A stretch of 64,000 bases of DNA from Microgenomates group bacterium ADurb.Bin219 (GCA_002069945.1 MWCH01000002.1:79164-143163), one strand, 5' to 3'. Positions 47,041 to 56,846 are shown, counted from the first letter of the stretch. The notes: generated by a model not told the origin, from the sequence alone. Translations and numbers: made by a program.

Positions 47041-48984
47041 ATGGAAAAGATAAAATTGGAGATTGCCAAGATTGTCGGAACTCCCGGCTCTTCCAGTTGG
47101 GCTCAGATACATACTTTTACTCCCGAAGAGAAGGAGAAATTAAATTTAAGAGGAGAGCTTTTGGCGGTTATCGGTCTAAGGTCGGTTGAGGCCGGCATGG
47201 AAACAGTGGCTTTGGGTCGGGAAATTTTATCCCGTCTTCATGAAGAGTATTTTGGCAATTTGGAAGGCGGGGCTTTACCGAGATTAAAAAGTTCTTTGGA
47301 AAAAATTCACGAAGAATGGCCCGAGGTGGAAATTGTCAGCGGAGTTCTCTTTTCCTCAACAAAAGCGGAAAGTCTTGGCGCCCGGGTTTTGTATTTGGCC
47401 ATTTTAGGCAAAGGCAGGGTAGTCGTTAAAAGAGATAATTTATTAAACCAGGTTTTAAAGGGCAGCGCCGAAGACAAGATTGAAACGGCCAGTGGATTGG
47501 TATATCCCGGAGATATCTTTTTATTGGGGACGGAAAGTTTTTTTGAAATAGTTTCACCCGGAGTTTTAAGAGCCTCTTTAAATTTATCCGAACCCCAAGC
47601 GATGGTTGAAGCGATCGCCCCCTTGGTTTTAAGCCGGACCGACTTAAATCAGGCGGCGGCTGTTATTAATCTTTTGGTAAAGGAAAAAGAAGAAGAAATT
47701 GCCTTTGAAGAGACGGAAAAACTTCCGGAGGGAGAAGCCCCTGCCGGAAAAATTTCAATCAAGGACCGCTTTGCCAATCTTGGGCAAAAAATTTTTTTAA
47801 GTAAATTCCGACCGCGATTCGGCCAAATAAGATTAGGCAAAAAAGAACCCTCTTTTTATGTAAAAAACGAAAAGGAAAAAGGAAACCGGTTGATTTTTTC
47901 CGTGGCCGTGATTTTAATTATTCTTTTTTTAAGCAGTCTGTTTTTGGGTTTCAACAAGAGGAAACAGGCGGAAAAGGAAAACCGAATTCGGGAATATTAT
48001 TCCCGGGCAGAGATTCTTTACAACCAGGCAAAAGAAGCGGTTGATTTGGACAATGAAGCCGCCGTCAATTATTTAAAAGAAGCGGAAGGTCTTTTGGCGG
48101 AAGCCAAGAAAATTAAACCCGGCCAGTTCGAGGACTTGGATCATCTTTTCCAGGAAATCAATAATCTGGCGGTTAAGGCCGGTCGGGAAAAAGATTTGGG
48201 CGAATTGCCGGTTTTCTTTGATTTGCAATTGATCGTTCCCGAAGCGAAAGCGGACGGGATCGCTCTTTTGCCGGAAAAAATTGCCGCCCTAAACAAGGAA
48301 AAAAATTCGGTTTATTTTGTTGATTTGGAGAAGAAATCAACCATCACCGTTACTGACGAAAAGCTGAAGTCTAGCGAGGTTATTTTTTCTTCGGCTAAAG
48401 AGGTCTTTGTTTTAACCGCTCAGGGGCTTTGGCAAATTGATTATGAAAATAAAAAGGTTAATTCGGTTTTCGGGTCCGATCAGGATTTGCAAAACATTAT
48501 TGGCGGCGCAACCTTTGCTGGGAATTTTTATTTTTTGGACCAGGAGAGAAAAAATATTTGGCAATACGGCAAAACCGAAACCGGTTTTAGCGGTCCGAAA
48601 AGATGGGCGGCCGAAGATGCCTTTGAGGGAAAAAGCTTGATTTCTTTTGCCGTTGACGGCTCAATTTGGGTTTTTAGCGATAAAGGCATTGAAAAGTTTA
48701 TCCGGGGCCAAAGCGACAACTTCAGTTTAAAAGGAATTAAACCGGAAAAAATTGCCGGGTTTAATCTCTTCTTTTCCGGAGAAACCAATAACTATCTTTA
48801 TTTTGTTAATTCTTCGGAAAAGAAAGTCCTTCTTTTTTCCAAAGACGGCCAGTTAAAAGCGCAATATCTTTGGCAGGGCAAATTGGACCAGCCGAGATTT
48901 CTGGCAGTTTCCGCCGAAGACAAAAAGGTTTACTTTGGCCAAGACAATTTAATTTTTACCTTCCCCGTTGCTTCTTTGGAATGA
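47041..48984 (+). CDS. Hypothetical bitopic protein with C-terminal beta-propeller-like repeats
   Basis: Central TM LIFSVAVILIILFLSSLFLGF; C-terminal repeated YF[VL]D/N blades (VYFVDLEKK, FYFLDQERKNIWQYG, LYFVNSSEKKVLLF, VYFGQDNLIFTF). Confidence 0.5.
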   Translation: MEKIKLEIAKIVGTPGSSSWAQIHTFTPEEKEKLNLRGELLAVIGLRSVEAGMETVALGREILSRLHEEYFGNLEGGALPRLKSSLEKIHEEWPEVEIVSGVLFSSTKAESLGARVLYLAILGKGRVVVKRDNLLNQVLKGSAEDKIETASGLVYPGDIFLLGTESFFEIVSPGVLRASLNLSEPQAMVEAIAPLVLSRTDLNQAAAVINLLVKEKEEEIAFEETEKLPEGEAPAGKISIKDRFANLGQKIFLSKFRPRFGQIRLGKKEPSFYVKNEKEKGNRLIFSVAVILIILFLSSLFLGFNKRKQAEKENRIREYYSRAEILYNQAKEAVDLDNEAAVNYLKEAEGLLAEAKKIKPGQFEDLDHLFQEINNLAVKAGREKDLGELPVFFDLQLIVPEAKADGIALLPEKIAALNKEKNSVYFVDLEKKSTITVTDEKLKSSEVIFSSAKEVFVLTAQGLWQIDYENKKVNSVFGSDQDLQNIIGGATFAGNFYFLDQERKNIWQYGKTETGFSGPKRWAAEDAFEGKSLISFAVDGSIWVFSDKGIEKFIRGQSDNFSLKGIKPEKIAGFNLFFSGETNNYLYFVNSSEKKVLLFSKDGQLKAQYLWQGKLDQPRFLAVSAEDKKVYFGQDNLIFTFPVASLE

Positions 48985-49427
48985 AAATTTTCAACCGGAA
49001 AGCCAGATTTGAATACCAACTTTTTGAGCAGATTGAAGCGGGGATCAGCTTGGACGGTCAGGAGACGAAGTCGGCTTTTTTGGGTCGGATAAACCTCGAT
49101 GATGCCTTTGTCAAAATAAAAGATGGCCAGGCTTATCTTCTTAATGCCGGTTTGCCGGCTTACGAATCGGCCAGAACTTTTGGCTATGATCCCAAAAGGA
49201 ATCGGCGATTGCTTTTACACCGGAAGGAAATTTTGGCCTTGGAAACAAAAATGAAGCAGAAAAACTTGCTGCTCGTGCCTGTGGCGTGCTATAATAAGGG
49301 CCGGCGGATCAAGATTGAGCTGGCTTTGGCCAGAGGTAAGGGAAAGTTTGAAAAGAAAGCGGTAATTAAAAAACGGGAATTGGAAAGAAAAGCGGACTTA
49401 GAGTATAAAAATGGGAGAACAGAATAA
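48981..49427 (+). CDS. smpB: SsrA-binding protein SmpB (start set at the in-frame ATG 48981 rather than the extended ORF start 48870)
   Basis: FEYQLFEQIEAGISLDGQE ... AYLLNAGLPAY ... DPKRNRRLLLHRKEI ... RRIKIELALARGKGKFEKK; the 48870 extension would overlap the upstream gene by 115 nt. Confidence 0.85.
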   Translation: MKIFNRKARFEYQLFEQIEAGISLDGQETKSAFLGRINLDDAFVKIKDGQAYLLNAGLPAYESARTFGYDPKRNRRLLLHRKEILALETKMKQKNLLLVPVACYNKGRRIKIELALARGKGKFEKKAVIKKRELERKADLEYKNGRTE

Positions 49428-49800
49428 GGGGATGACAGGCTTCGACGGAAAGCGCTCTTTTAAAACGGCAAGCCCCCGTTGATTCATCGGGGCTAAACAG
49501 GATCAAAAAATAAAAGTCAACGATACTGTTGATTCCGCAGTCAGCGAGAAATTCGCTGTCAATTACGCATTCGCGTAAACGGCATTCGGTGGGTTTTTTC
49601 TCAACGGAACCTTCCGGGTGTAAACAAAGTTGAGACGTAACCCCGGCGTTTGATTTCACCGGCGGGGCCAAAGATAAAAAAATCTAGCCCGGACTTTCTC
49701 GCCGATTGGATCAGGTTCGGGTGAAAAAATAAATTTCGGCTAAGCTTGTAGAAGTTTTAGAAAAGTCTTTTCGGATCCCGGTTCAATCCCGGGCATCTCC
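49428..49800 (+). ncRNA. ssrA: tmRNA (ssrA), standard one-piece form, directly after smpB
   Basis: 5' GGGGATGACAGGCTTCGACG pairs with 3' CATCTCC as a tRNA-Ala-like acceptor stem including the G3:U wobble; T-arm GGTTCAATCCCGG; candidate tag ORF ...GCAGTCAGCGAGAAATTCGCTGTCAATTACGCATTCGCGTAA (AVSEKFAVNYAFA*). Confidence 0.8.
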
Positions 49801-49959
49801 ACTTTGACTCGCCCTTCGCCATGACTCAAGGCTCGCTTGGTGTAAACACTTTGTCCGGATATAAATATATAAGGGGGTAGAACAAGCGAGTCGAAACCCT
49901 GGGTGAAGTCGAAGGGCTTTCGTCTTAGTTAAGTGTAAAAACAACGAGAGGATAAAAGT

Positions 49960-50250
49960 GTGGTTAACTTGGCAAACAAAAAAGCCATTTCTGTTCAAAG
50001 CCCATGGTTTACTTATATTCTTCTTTGTAAAGACAATTGTTTTTACGTTGGTATTACAAATAACCTTTTCAATAGAGTTAAAAAACATAATTTGGGAAAA
50101 GGGAGTAAATACATTGTTCCTTCAAAAAGACCCGTCAAATTAGTTTATTCTGAAAAACATTTTACAAAATCAGAAGCGAGAAAAAGAGAAATTCAGCTTA
50201 AAAAATGGACAAAAAAGAAAAAAATTTTGTTGGTTGAAGGGAAGTTGTGA
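49960..50250 (+). CDS. GIY-YIG nuclease family protein (UPF0213-like)
   Basis: WFTYILLCKDNCFYVGITNNLFNRVKKHN ... ARKREIQLKKW matches the GIY-YIG core. Confidence 0.7.
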   Translation: MVNLANKKAISVQSPWFTYILLCKDNCFYVGITNNLFNRVKKHNLGKGSKYIVPSKRPVKLVYSEKHFTKSEARKREIQLKKWTKKKKILLVEGKL

Positions 50251-50948
50251 CCGTTATTGATTTTCTTTTTCCCAAAAAATGTTTAGGTTGCCCCAATGAA
50301 GGCAATTATTTTTGTTCTTCCTGTCGTTCAAAAATTAAATCAATAGACCGGTTGGTTTGTCCGGTATGCGAGAACCCTTCGCCTTTCGGTAAAACCCATT
50401 TTTCCTGCCGTTCCCGATATGGTTTTAACGGATTGATTTCCTTTTTTGCCTACGAGGGGATTATCCGCGAAGCGATTCATCAATTGAAATTTAAATATGT
50501 TACCGATTTGGCTGATGAGTTTTTTGAAATATTATTGAAGATTTGGAATGAAGATAAAGACAACCGCTTTCTTCAAATAAAGCGGTTTATTAAAGAAAAA
50601 AATCCGGTTCTGGTTGCCGTTCCCTTGTTTTGGTATAAGGAAAACCAGCGTGGTTTTAACCAGGCGGAAATATTTGCCGAAAAATTTGCTCAATTATGGA
50701 GTTTGGAATTTAAAAAAGATTATTTGATTCGTTCTAAATTTACTCCTCCCCAGGCCGGCTTAACGCAAGAACAAAGAAAGAAAAACATAGAGGATGTCTT
50801 TTCTCTTAATTACAATATCCAATCTCCAATCTCTAATATCATCTTGGTTGACGATATCTGGACCACCGGCGCAACCTTAAAAACCTGCGGCGCTATTCTT
50901 AAAAAATCGGGAATAAAAAAGGTTTGGGGTTTAACGATAGCCAGGTGA
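50247..50948 (+). CDS. comFC: ComF family protein (ComFC-type phosphoribosyltransferase-fold)
   Basis: N-terminal double CxxC zinc-finger (CLGCP ... CSSC ... CPVC ... HFSC) and C-terminal PRTase motif ILVDDIWTTGATL. Confidence 0.75.
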   Translation: MTVIDFLFPKKCLGCPNEGNYFCSSCRSKIKSIDRLVCPVCENPSPFGKTHFSCRSRYGFNGLISFFAYEGIIREAIHQLKFKYVTDLADEFFEILLKIWNEDKDNRFLQIKRFIKEKNPVLVAVPLFWYKENQRGFNQAEIFAEKFAQLWSLEFKKDYLIRSKFTPPQAGLTQEQRKKNIEDVFSLNYNIQSPISNIILVDDIWTTGATLKTCGAILKKSGIKKVWGLTIAR

Positions 50949-50984
50949 AAAGAAGGTCAATTTTTGATAAAATTAGACCCGCAA

Positions 50985-51069
50985 GGAGGGTATCCCGAAC
51001 GGTTGAGGGAATGGTTTGCTAAACCATGGCCGCGAAAGTGGTCGGTGGGTTCGACTCCCACACCCTCCG
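50985..51069 (+). tRNA. tRNA-Ser (anticodon GCT), class II with long variable arm
   Basis: Acceptor GGAGGGT/ACCCTCC, anticodon stem ATGGT/ACCAT with loop TTGCTAA, T-arm GGTGGGTTCGACTCCCAC; position 8 is A (atypical). Confidence 0.7.
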
Positions 51070-51100
51070 CCTTCGGCGGATGCAGTCCGCTATAATTCAA

Positions 51101-51187
51101 GGAGAGGTGCTAGAGTGGTTGAATAGGTCGGTCTTGAAAACCGATATAGCCGCAAGGTTATCGCGAGTTCGAATCTCGCCCTCTCCG
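51101..51187 (+). tRNA. tRNA-Ser (anticodon TGA), class II
   Basis: Acceptor GGAGAGG/CCTCTCC, anticodon stem TCGGT/ACCGA with loop CTTGAAA, T-arm GCGAGTTCGAATCTCGC. Confidence 0.8.
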
Positions 51188-51189
51188 CT

Positions 51190-51236
51190 TTCGCCCGCCA
51201 AAACTTTATGGCGGCGGCGACTGTTGATTTTATTTC
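51190..51236 (+). terminator. Probable rho-independent terminator after the tRNA-Ser pair
   Basis: GC-rich imperfect hairpin GCCCGCCA...TGGCGGCGGC followed by T-rich tract ttgattttatttcc. Confidence 0.3.
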
Positions 51237-51258
51237 CCCTTTCCGTTAGTCTTTAATT

Positions 51259-51900
51259 ATGCCCGAAGAAAATCTGCCCCCATCTCAATTAGAGGGAAAT
51301 CAAACCCCGGAATTATCCGATCCCGAGCCTCAGCCGATTGAAGTAATGGCGGTTCGTCAATTAAAAGTCCTTTTTGCTTGGAAGGCGGCGGTAAGACCCT
51401 TCAAGAAAAGAGATAAGGAATATTGGACAACCGTTTTTGCAATTCTTTTTTTGCTTGTTTTAATTTTGTTTTTCGTTAAAGAGTGGTTTTTGATCGCGGC
51501 GATAATTTCCTTGGCTTTTGTTTATTATGTTCTTTCTACTGTTCCGCCGGAGGAGATTGAATACCGGATTACCAATAAAGGAGTTGCTTTTGAAGATAAA
51601 AGCTATGATTGGGAATATCTTTGGCGTTTTTGGTTTTCCAACAAGTATGATCAAAGATTATTAAATATTGATACCCGGCTAAACCTTCCCGGCCGGTTGC
51701 TTTTTGTTATCAAAAAAGAAAACGAAAAACAGATTAAGGAAATTTTGGAAAAATATTTGCTTAACGAAGAAGCGCCGTTGACTTTCTTTGACAAGGCTTC
51801 GGCCTGGCTGGCCAAAAAAGTTCCTCTAGATTTAGAAGAGAAAGAGGAAAAAAAAGATCCTCCCTCGGGGCCAATTTTACCCACTTCTTCTCCGGCTTAA
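51259..51900 (+). CDS. Hypothetical two-TM membrane protein
   Basis: 213 aa; TMs TTVFAILFLLVLILFFV and FLIAAIISLAFVYYVL; lies between the two tRNA groups. Confidence 0.45.
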   Translation: MPEENLPPSQLEGNQTPELSDPEPQPIEVMAVRQLKVLFAWKAAVRPFKKRDKEYWTTVFAILFLLVLILFFVKEWFLIAAIISLAFVYYVLSTVPPEEIEYRITNKGVAFEDKSYDWEYLWRFWFSNKYDQRLLNIDTRLNLPGRLLFVIKKENEKQIKEILEKYLLNEEAPLTFFDKASAWLAKKVPLDLEEKEEKKDPPSGPILPTSSPA

Positions 51901-51974
51901 CTTTTGAACCTAAATTTTGGTATAATCTAGAGGTTTACCTGGAGTATCTCGACTTTTCTTAGTATAAGTTTGAT

Positions 51975-52049
51975 GTGCCTGTAGCTCAGATTGGATAGAG
52001 CGCAGCCCTGCGGAGGCTGAAGTCGGGCGTTCGAATCGCCCCAGGCACG
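51975..52049 (+). tRNA. tRNA-Arg (anticodon GCG)
   Basis: Acceptor GTGCCTG/CAGGCAC, D-arm GCTCAGATTGGATAGAGC, anticodon stem CAGCC/GGCTG with loop CTGCGGA, T-arm GGGCGTTCGAATCGCCC. Confidence 0.75.
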
Positions 52050-52056
52050 CATTATT

Positions 52057-52138
52057 GGAGGGTGGGCAGGACGGTAATGCGTTGGTTTCGAAAACCAATG
52101 TCCGTAAGGGCTAACAGGTTCGACTCCTGTACCCTCCG
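52057..52138 (+). tRNA. tRNA-Ser (anticodon CGA), class II
   Basis: Acceptor GGAGGGT/ACCCTCC, anticodon stem TTGGT/ACCAA with loop TTCGAAA, long variable arm, T-arm ACAGGTTCGACTCCTGT. Confidence 0.7.
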
Positions 52139-52248
52139 CACTTCGACTTGCATTCCTTTGCAGAGAGCAAGCCGTAAGTACAGTTTGAAGGGCGGCAAGT
52201 CTGGCTTGGCAAAGCCGAAGGATGGTTTACTCCGAACAAACGTGAGGA

Positions 52249-52322
52249 GCGCCCATAGTTTAACGGATAAAATGCTGGGTTCCGGACCCAGAGACTTGGG
52301 GGTTCAATTCCCTCTGGGCGCA
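52249..52322 (+). tRNA. tRNA-Arg (anticodon CCG)
   Basis: Acceptor GCGCCCA/TGGGCGC, anticodon stem CTGGG/CCCAG with loop TTCCGGA, T-loop TTCAATT. Confidence 0.7.
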
Positions 52323-52462
52323 CAAAAGATAGAGAGGAGAGGCCAGAGAACTGAGAAAAGTGTTTTTTTCTTTTACTCCTAATAAGACAGAAATTAACCA
52401 AGTCTCGCTTTTTGCTTCAAAAAAAGATAAAATTATGCTCTAAAGATCAATTTAGTTTACCC

Positions 52463-52552
52463 GGAGAGGTCGCATAGTGGTCGAGTGCACACGCTTGGAG
52501 AGCGTGCAGGGCCGAAAGGCTCTCGAGGGTTCGAATCCCTCTCTCTCCGCCA
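52463..52552 (+). tRNA. tRNA-Ser (anticodon GGA), class II, CCA encoded
   Basis: Acceptor GGAGAGG/TCTCTCC (one G:U), anticodon stem CACGC/GCGTG with loop TTGGAGA, long variable arm, T-arm GAGGGTTCGAATCCCTC, discriminator G + CCA. Confidence 0.8.
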
Positions 52553-53188
52553 ATGAAAAAAATTATTATTTTTATTTTATTATTTTTATTATTAATTTTG
52601 GGTTTTTGGGTTTTAAGGCCGGGTAATTCAAAGGAAGAAAAAACTCCAGCCTTGCCGACGGAAATTCTTCAACCCACCAAAACCGAAACACCCAATTTGG
52701 AAATTAATATGAAGAAAAAATATACGGCGATTCTTGAAACCAGCAAGGGAAAAATCGAAATTGAGCTTTTTAGCGATAAAACGCCAATCACCGTTAATAA
52801 TTTTGTCACTTTGGCAAAGAAAAATTTTTACGACAATACGATTTTTCACCGGGTAATCAAAGGATTTATGATTCAAGGAGGAGATCCCGACGGCAACGGC
52901 AGCGGCGGACCGGGTTATACTTTTGCGGACGAACCCTTTGAGGGAGAATACACGCGGGGGACTTTGGCAATGGCCAACGCCGGACCCAATACCAACGGCA
53001 GCCAGTTTTTTATCATGCACCAGGACAATCCGCTGCCGAAAAATTATGTAATTTTCGGCCGGGTGGTTAAAGGGATGGAAACGGTTGATAAAATCGCGGA
53101 AGCTCCGGTTAAAGCCAACCGCTTCGGAGAAAACTCAACTCCGGTTAATCCCGATAAAATACTTTCAATTCTTATTAAAGAAGAATAA
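52553..53188 (+). CDS. ppiB: Cyclophilin-type peptidyl-prolyl cis-trans isomerase with N-terminal signal anchor
   Basis: FHRVIKGFMIQGGDP ... GTLAMANAGPNTNGSQFFI cyclophilin signature; N-terminal TM IIIFILLFLLLILGFWVL. Confidence 0.85.
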   Translation: MKKIIIFILLFLLLILGFWVLRPGNSKEEKTPALPTEILQPTKTETPNLEINMKKKYTAILETSKGKIEIELFSDKTPITVNNFVTLAKKNFYDNTIFHRVIKGFMIQGGDPDGNGSGGPGYTFADEPFEGEYTRGTLAMANAGPNTNGSQFFIMHQDNPLPKNYVIFGRVVKGMETVDKIAEAPVKANRFGENSTPVNPDKILSILIKEE

Positions 53189-53226
53189 CTTCCAAGACGG
53201 TTATTCAAAGCCAATTTCTGCTATAA

Positions 53227-55056
53227 TTGGGCTGCTTGCCTGCGGATATGGATCAGATTGAAGAAATTAAAGCCAAAATTGATTTAGTCCAATTTATTTC
53301 CGGCTATATGCCCCTACAAAAAGCCGGCCGCAATTTTAAGGCTCCTTGCCCTTTTCATACGGAAAAAACGCCTTCCTTTATTGTTTCTCCGGAAAGACAG
53401 ATTTGGCATTGTTTTGGTTGCCAAAAGGGCGGAGATGTTTTTCGTTTTTTGATGGAGTATGACCGGATGGATTTCGGCGAGGCTTTAAGACTTTTGGCCA
53501 AAAAAACCGGCGTGGTTTTAAAAAGTTACCAGCCAAGTGAAGACGAAGCTCAAAAAGAAAAACTTTACCAGATTAATCATCTGGCGATGGAGTTTTTCCA
53601 TTATCTTTTGTTAAACCATCAGGCGGCCAAGCCGGCTTTGGAATATATCTTAAGCCGGGGAATAAGCAAAGATTCTTTAAAGCTTTTTAAAATCGGGTAT
53701 TCTCCCCATCTTTGGGACGGATTACAACAATATTTGGTCGGTAAAAAGGGCTATCGTTCCCCTGATCTTGAGGCCGCCGGTCTGATTATCCCTACTTCCC
53801 GCGTCTCGTCTCCCGCTTCCCGCTCCCAATACTATGATCGTTTCCGCCACCGGCTGATGTTTCCCTTGATTGATCACCGCGGTAATGTCCGCGGTTTTGC
53901 CGGCCGGGTTTTGGACCCTTTGGCAAAAGAAGCAAAGTATGTCAATACGCCGGAAACTTTGGTTTATCACAAAAGCGAGTTGCTCTACCCCTTGGATTTA
54001 ACCAAAGAGGAAATCAAAAAAGAAAATCAGGCGGTTGTGGTCGAGGGCGAGCTGGACGCAATTTCTTCCTTCCAAATCGGAATTAAAAACGTCGTGGCCA
54101 TTAAAGGGAGCGCCTTAACCGAAGCTCAGGTAAAGCTTTTAAAAAGATTTACGGACAATTTGGTCTTGGCTTTGGATGCGGATATCGCCGGCGACCAGGC
54201 GGTCAGAAGAGGGATTGAAATTGCCGACAAAGAAGGATTAAACATCAGAGTTTTGGAATTGGAAAAATATAAAGATCCGGACGAAGCGGCCCAAAAAGAG
54301 CCGAAATATTACCGCGATTGTCTTAAAAAAGCCGTTCCCTATTATGATTTTTTAATTGATTCCTCTTTTAAAAGAAACGCCGGAGAAACGCCGGAAGGGA
54401 AACGGAAAATCGGCGAAGAATTGATTCCGCCGTTGTCCCGGATTGAAAACGAAATCGTCAAAGACCACTATTTAAGAAAATTGGCGGACAAATTGGGGGT
54501 TAGCGAGGAGGCGATCGGTATCCAGATAAAAAAATATTTGGCTAATCAAAATTTGGTTAAACCGGCCTTGGCGCCCGAAAAAACAAACCGCAGTCGGGAG
54601 GAGATTTTGGAAGAATATTTACTCGCGCTTTGTTTCCAGTCGGGAAAAATCCGAGCCTTATCGGTTGAGGAAAATCGCAACCTGTTTCAATTGCCCGGTT
54701 ATCGGAAAATGATAGATTTGTTAAATCCTTTTTTTGAAAAGAAATTTTCCAGTGCCGAGTTTGCCGCGGTTTTACCCTTGGAGCTGACGGATCTTTTTAA
54801 TAATATCTATCTGGTTGATTTGGGGAAAAATAACGAAAGAATTGAAGACGAAGATTGGTTGGATAAGGAAATCGGCCAAACGCTTCAGCAGATGAAGATT
54901 TTAAAAATTAAAAAGGATTTGGTCTCGGTTTCCGAGGAAATTAAAAAAATGGAGAAAGAAGACCGTTCCGGCAGCAGCGATTGGAAAGAGGCGGAAAACA
55001 GATTTAAAAACCTTTCGGAACAGCTAGCTTCAATAAAAGAAGAAAAAAGTGTATAA
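53227..55056 (+). CDS. dnaG: DNA primase DnaG
   Basis: CHC2 zinc finger CPFHTEKTPSFIV ... HCFGCQKGGD, TOPRIM domain (VVVEGELDAIS ... LALDADIAGDQA). Confidence 0.9.
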   Translation: MGCLPADMDQIEEIKAKIDLVQFISGYMPLQKAGRNFKAPCPFHTEKTPSFIVSPERQIWHCFGCQKGGDVFRFLMEYDRMDFGEALRLLAKKTGVVLKSYQPSEDEAQKEKLYQINHLAMEFFHYLLLNHQAAKPALEYILSRGISKDSLKLFKIGYSPHLWDGLQQYLVGKKGYRSPDLEAAGLIIPTSRVSSPASRSQYYDRFRHRLMFPLIDHRGNVRGFAGRVLDPLAKEAKYVNTPETLVYHKSELLYPLDLTKEEIKKENQAVVVEGELDAISSFQIGIKNVVAIKGSALTEAQVKLLKRFTDNLVLALDADIAGDQAVRRGIEIADKEGLNIRVLELEKYKDPDEAAQKEPKYYRDCLKKAVPYYDFLIDSSFKRNAGETPEGKRKIGEELIPPLSRIENEIVKDHYLRKLADKLGVSEEAIGIQIKKYLANQNLVKPALAPEKTNRSREEILEEYLLALCFQSGKIRALSVEENRNLFQLPGYRKMIDLLNPFFEKKFSSAEFAAVLPLELTDLFNNIYLVDLGKNNERIEDEDWLDKEIGQTLQQMKILKIKKDLVSVSEEIKKMEKEDRSGSSDWKEAENRFKNLSEQLASIKEEKSV

Positions 55057-55109
55057 TTCTTAAAGGCAAAAAAGAAAAGTTATAATTTATCTCCAATTGT
55101 AATTAAAAG

Positions 55110-56240
55110 ATGAAAACCTTGAAAATTAAAAAAGGAAAAGAAAAGAACAAACCGGAAGACAAAGAGTTGGATAAGACGATTAAGAGATTGATTGAAAAAG
55201 GTAAAAAACAGGGCTTTTTAACCCAGGACGAAATTTTGGAATGTTTTCCTCAGGCAGAAGACCATCTGGACAAGCTTGATTATTTTTACGGTCGGCTTAT
55301 AAACGCCGGAATTGACGTTTTTGATAACGTTACTGAAGAAGAAATAAAAAGCGACGAAAAATCCGCCAAGGAGTTAAGCAAGGAAATTGAAGTTATCTCT
55401 CGTCTGGAAACGCCGACGACGACGGATCCGGTCCGGATGTATTTGCGGGAAATCGGCAAAATTAATCTTTTAGTGGCCAAAGAGGAAATCGAGCTGGCCA
55501 AAAAAATTGAGAAAAATTCCCTGGCGGCGAAAAAGAAATTGACCGAATCAAATTTAAGGTTGGTTGTTTCCATCGCCAAGAAATACGTTGGCCGGGGATT
55601 ATCGCTTTTGGATTTAATTCAGGAGGGCAACCAGGGATTAATCCGGGCAGTTGAAAAATACGATTGGCGCCGCGGTTATAAATTTTCCACTTATGCGACC
55701 TGGTGGATCAGGCAGGCGATTACCCGCGCGATTGCCGACCAAGCCAGAACAATCAGAATTCCGGTTCATATGGTGGAAACGATTAACCGGCTGATCAGAA
55801 CTTCGCGGAAATTGATGCAGGATTTGGGCCGTGAGCCCTCACCGGAAGAAATTGCCGAAAAGATGGCGATTTCCACTTCCAGGGTCAGGGAAATTATGAA
55901 AATTTCCCAGGACACGACTTCTTTGGAAACGCCGGTTGGGGACGACGAAGATTCGATTTTGGGCGATTTTATCGCCGATACGGCGCCGTCTCCTTACGAT
56001 ACCGCCTCGCGCCAGCTATTAAAAGACAATATTAACGAAGTATTGGAAACCCTTTCCGGCCGGGAGGCAAACGTTTTGCGATATCGGTTTGGACTTGGCG
56101 GAGAAAGACCGATGACTTTGGAAGAAGTCGGAAAAAAATTCGGCGTCACCAGAGAAAGAATCAGACAAATTGAAGCGAAAGCCTTAAGAAAACTTAAACA
56201 CCCCTCTCGGAGAAAAAAACTTCAAGACTACTTGGAGTAA
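55110..56240 (+). CDS. rpoD: RNA polymerase primary sigma factor (sigma-70/RpoD)
   Basis: Region 2.4/RpoD box [27 protein letters not shown], region 3 and 4.2 HTH ([26 protein letters not shown]); dnaG-rpoD synteny. Confidence 0.9.
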   Translation: MKTLKIKKGKEKNKPEDKELDKTIKRLIEKGKKQGFLTQDEILECFPQAEDHLDKLDYFYGRLINAGIDVFDNVTEEEIKSDEKSAKELSKEIEVISRLETPTTTDPVRMYLREIGKINLLVAKEEIELAKKIEKNSLAAKKKLTESNLRLVVSIAKKYVGRGLSLLDLIQEGNQGLIRAVEKYDWRRGYKFSTYATWWIRQAITRAIADQARTIRIPVHMVETINRLIRTSRKLMQDLGREPSPEEIAEKMAISTSRVREIMKISQDTTSLETPVGDDEDSILGDFIADTAPSPYDTASRQLLKDNINEVLETLSGREANVLRYRFGLGGERPMTLEEVGKKFGVTRERIRQIEAKALRKLKHPSRRKKLQDYLE

Positions 56241-56264
56241 TAGAATAATTTAAAGAAGAAAAAT

Positions 56265-56762
56265 CTATTGACCTTTGGGCAGACTTTCGCAAGCTTTTCC
56301 ATCCTTGTCGCCGTCAAGTCGGTAAAGATCATTGCCGATTCCGCCGACTTTGAGGAAAAATCTTTGCGCTTCGGGTTGAGTTGAAAAATCGTCGCAATTA
56401 TAATCGCCGGCTTTTTTACCCTTGGTGCTGTCGGTGGTAATATTGCCCAATTTATCAAAAAGAAGATTCCCTTCGGTATCGCGGGAAACTTTTGATTCCT
56501 GAAATGATTTTGTTTCCAAAAGTTTTCCCAAATCCCAATCGTTTTGTGAGACCTCAAGACCCAAAGCCGCCAAAAGGGCGATAAAAGCAACAACCAACGC
56601 CAGTCGAAGTTTTTTGACGAAAATAAAAAGAACGGCGACAATTGCCATCAGGATAATAATCAAAATCAGCCGGAATTTATGCGAACCCCTTAAATTTTGA
56701 GCTTTTGAGGGTTTGTTTTCTTCCTTAATTTCGGGATCGGAATTAACCTTTTCTTTTACCAT
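56265..56762 (-). CDS. Membrane-anchored protein with C-terminal Excalibur (extracellular Ca-binding) domain
   Basis: [20 protein letters not shown] ... ; C-terminus [17 protein letters not shown] ... [13 protein letters not shown]. Confidence 0.5.
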   Translation of the reverse strand: MVKEKVNSDPEIKEENKPSKAQNLRGSHKFRLILIIILMAIVAVLFIFVKKLRLALVVAFIALLAALGLEVSQNDWDLGKLLETKSFQESKVSRDTEGNLLFDKLGNITTDSTKGKKAGDYNCDDFSTQPEAQRFFLKVGGIGNDLYRLDGDKDGKACESLPKGQ

Positions 56763-56846
56763 AATTAAATTATAGAGTTTAGTTGGTAGATTTCAAGTAA
56801 GCGAATGTAGAAAAGAGAAGACACCCCAAGCGTAAGTTAGAAAGAT

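Noticed and set aside
48870-48980. Upstream extension of the smpB ORF
   Set aside because: Would overlap the preceding 647 aa gene by 115 nt; SmpB homology begins at the ATG at 48981, which directly abuts the upstream stop.
51026-51256. 76 aa ORF overlapping the two tRNA-Ser genes
   Set aside because: Sequence folds into two canonical class II tRNA cloverleaves; the ORF is an artefact of GC-rich tRNA sequence.
52139-52248. 110 nt spacer between tRNA-Ser(CGA) and tRNA-Arg(CCG) examined as a possible seventh tRNA
   Set aside because: No acceptor/T-arm pairing could be found by eye; left as unexplained spacer rather than called.
52062-52401. ORFs 52062-52382 (+) and 52111-52401 (-) across the tRNA-Ser(CGA)/tRNA-Arg(CCG) region
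   Set aside because: Overlap tRNA genes and the spacer between them; no RBS and no protein-like composition.
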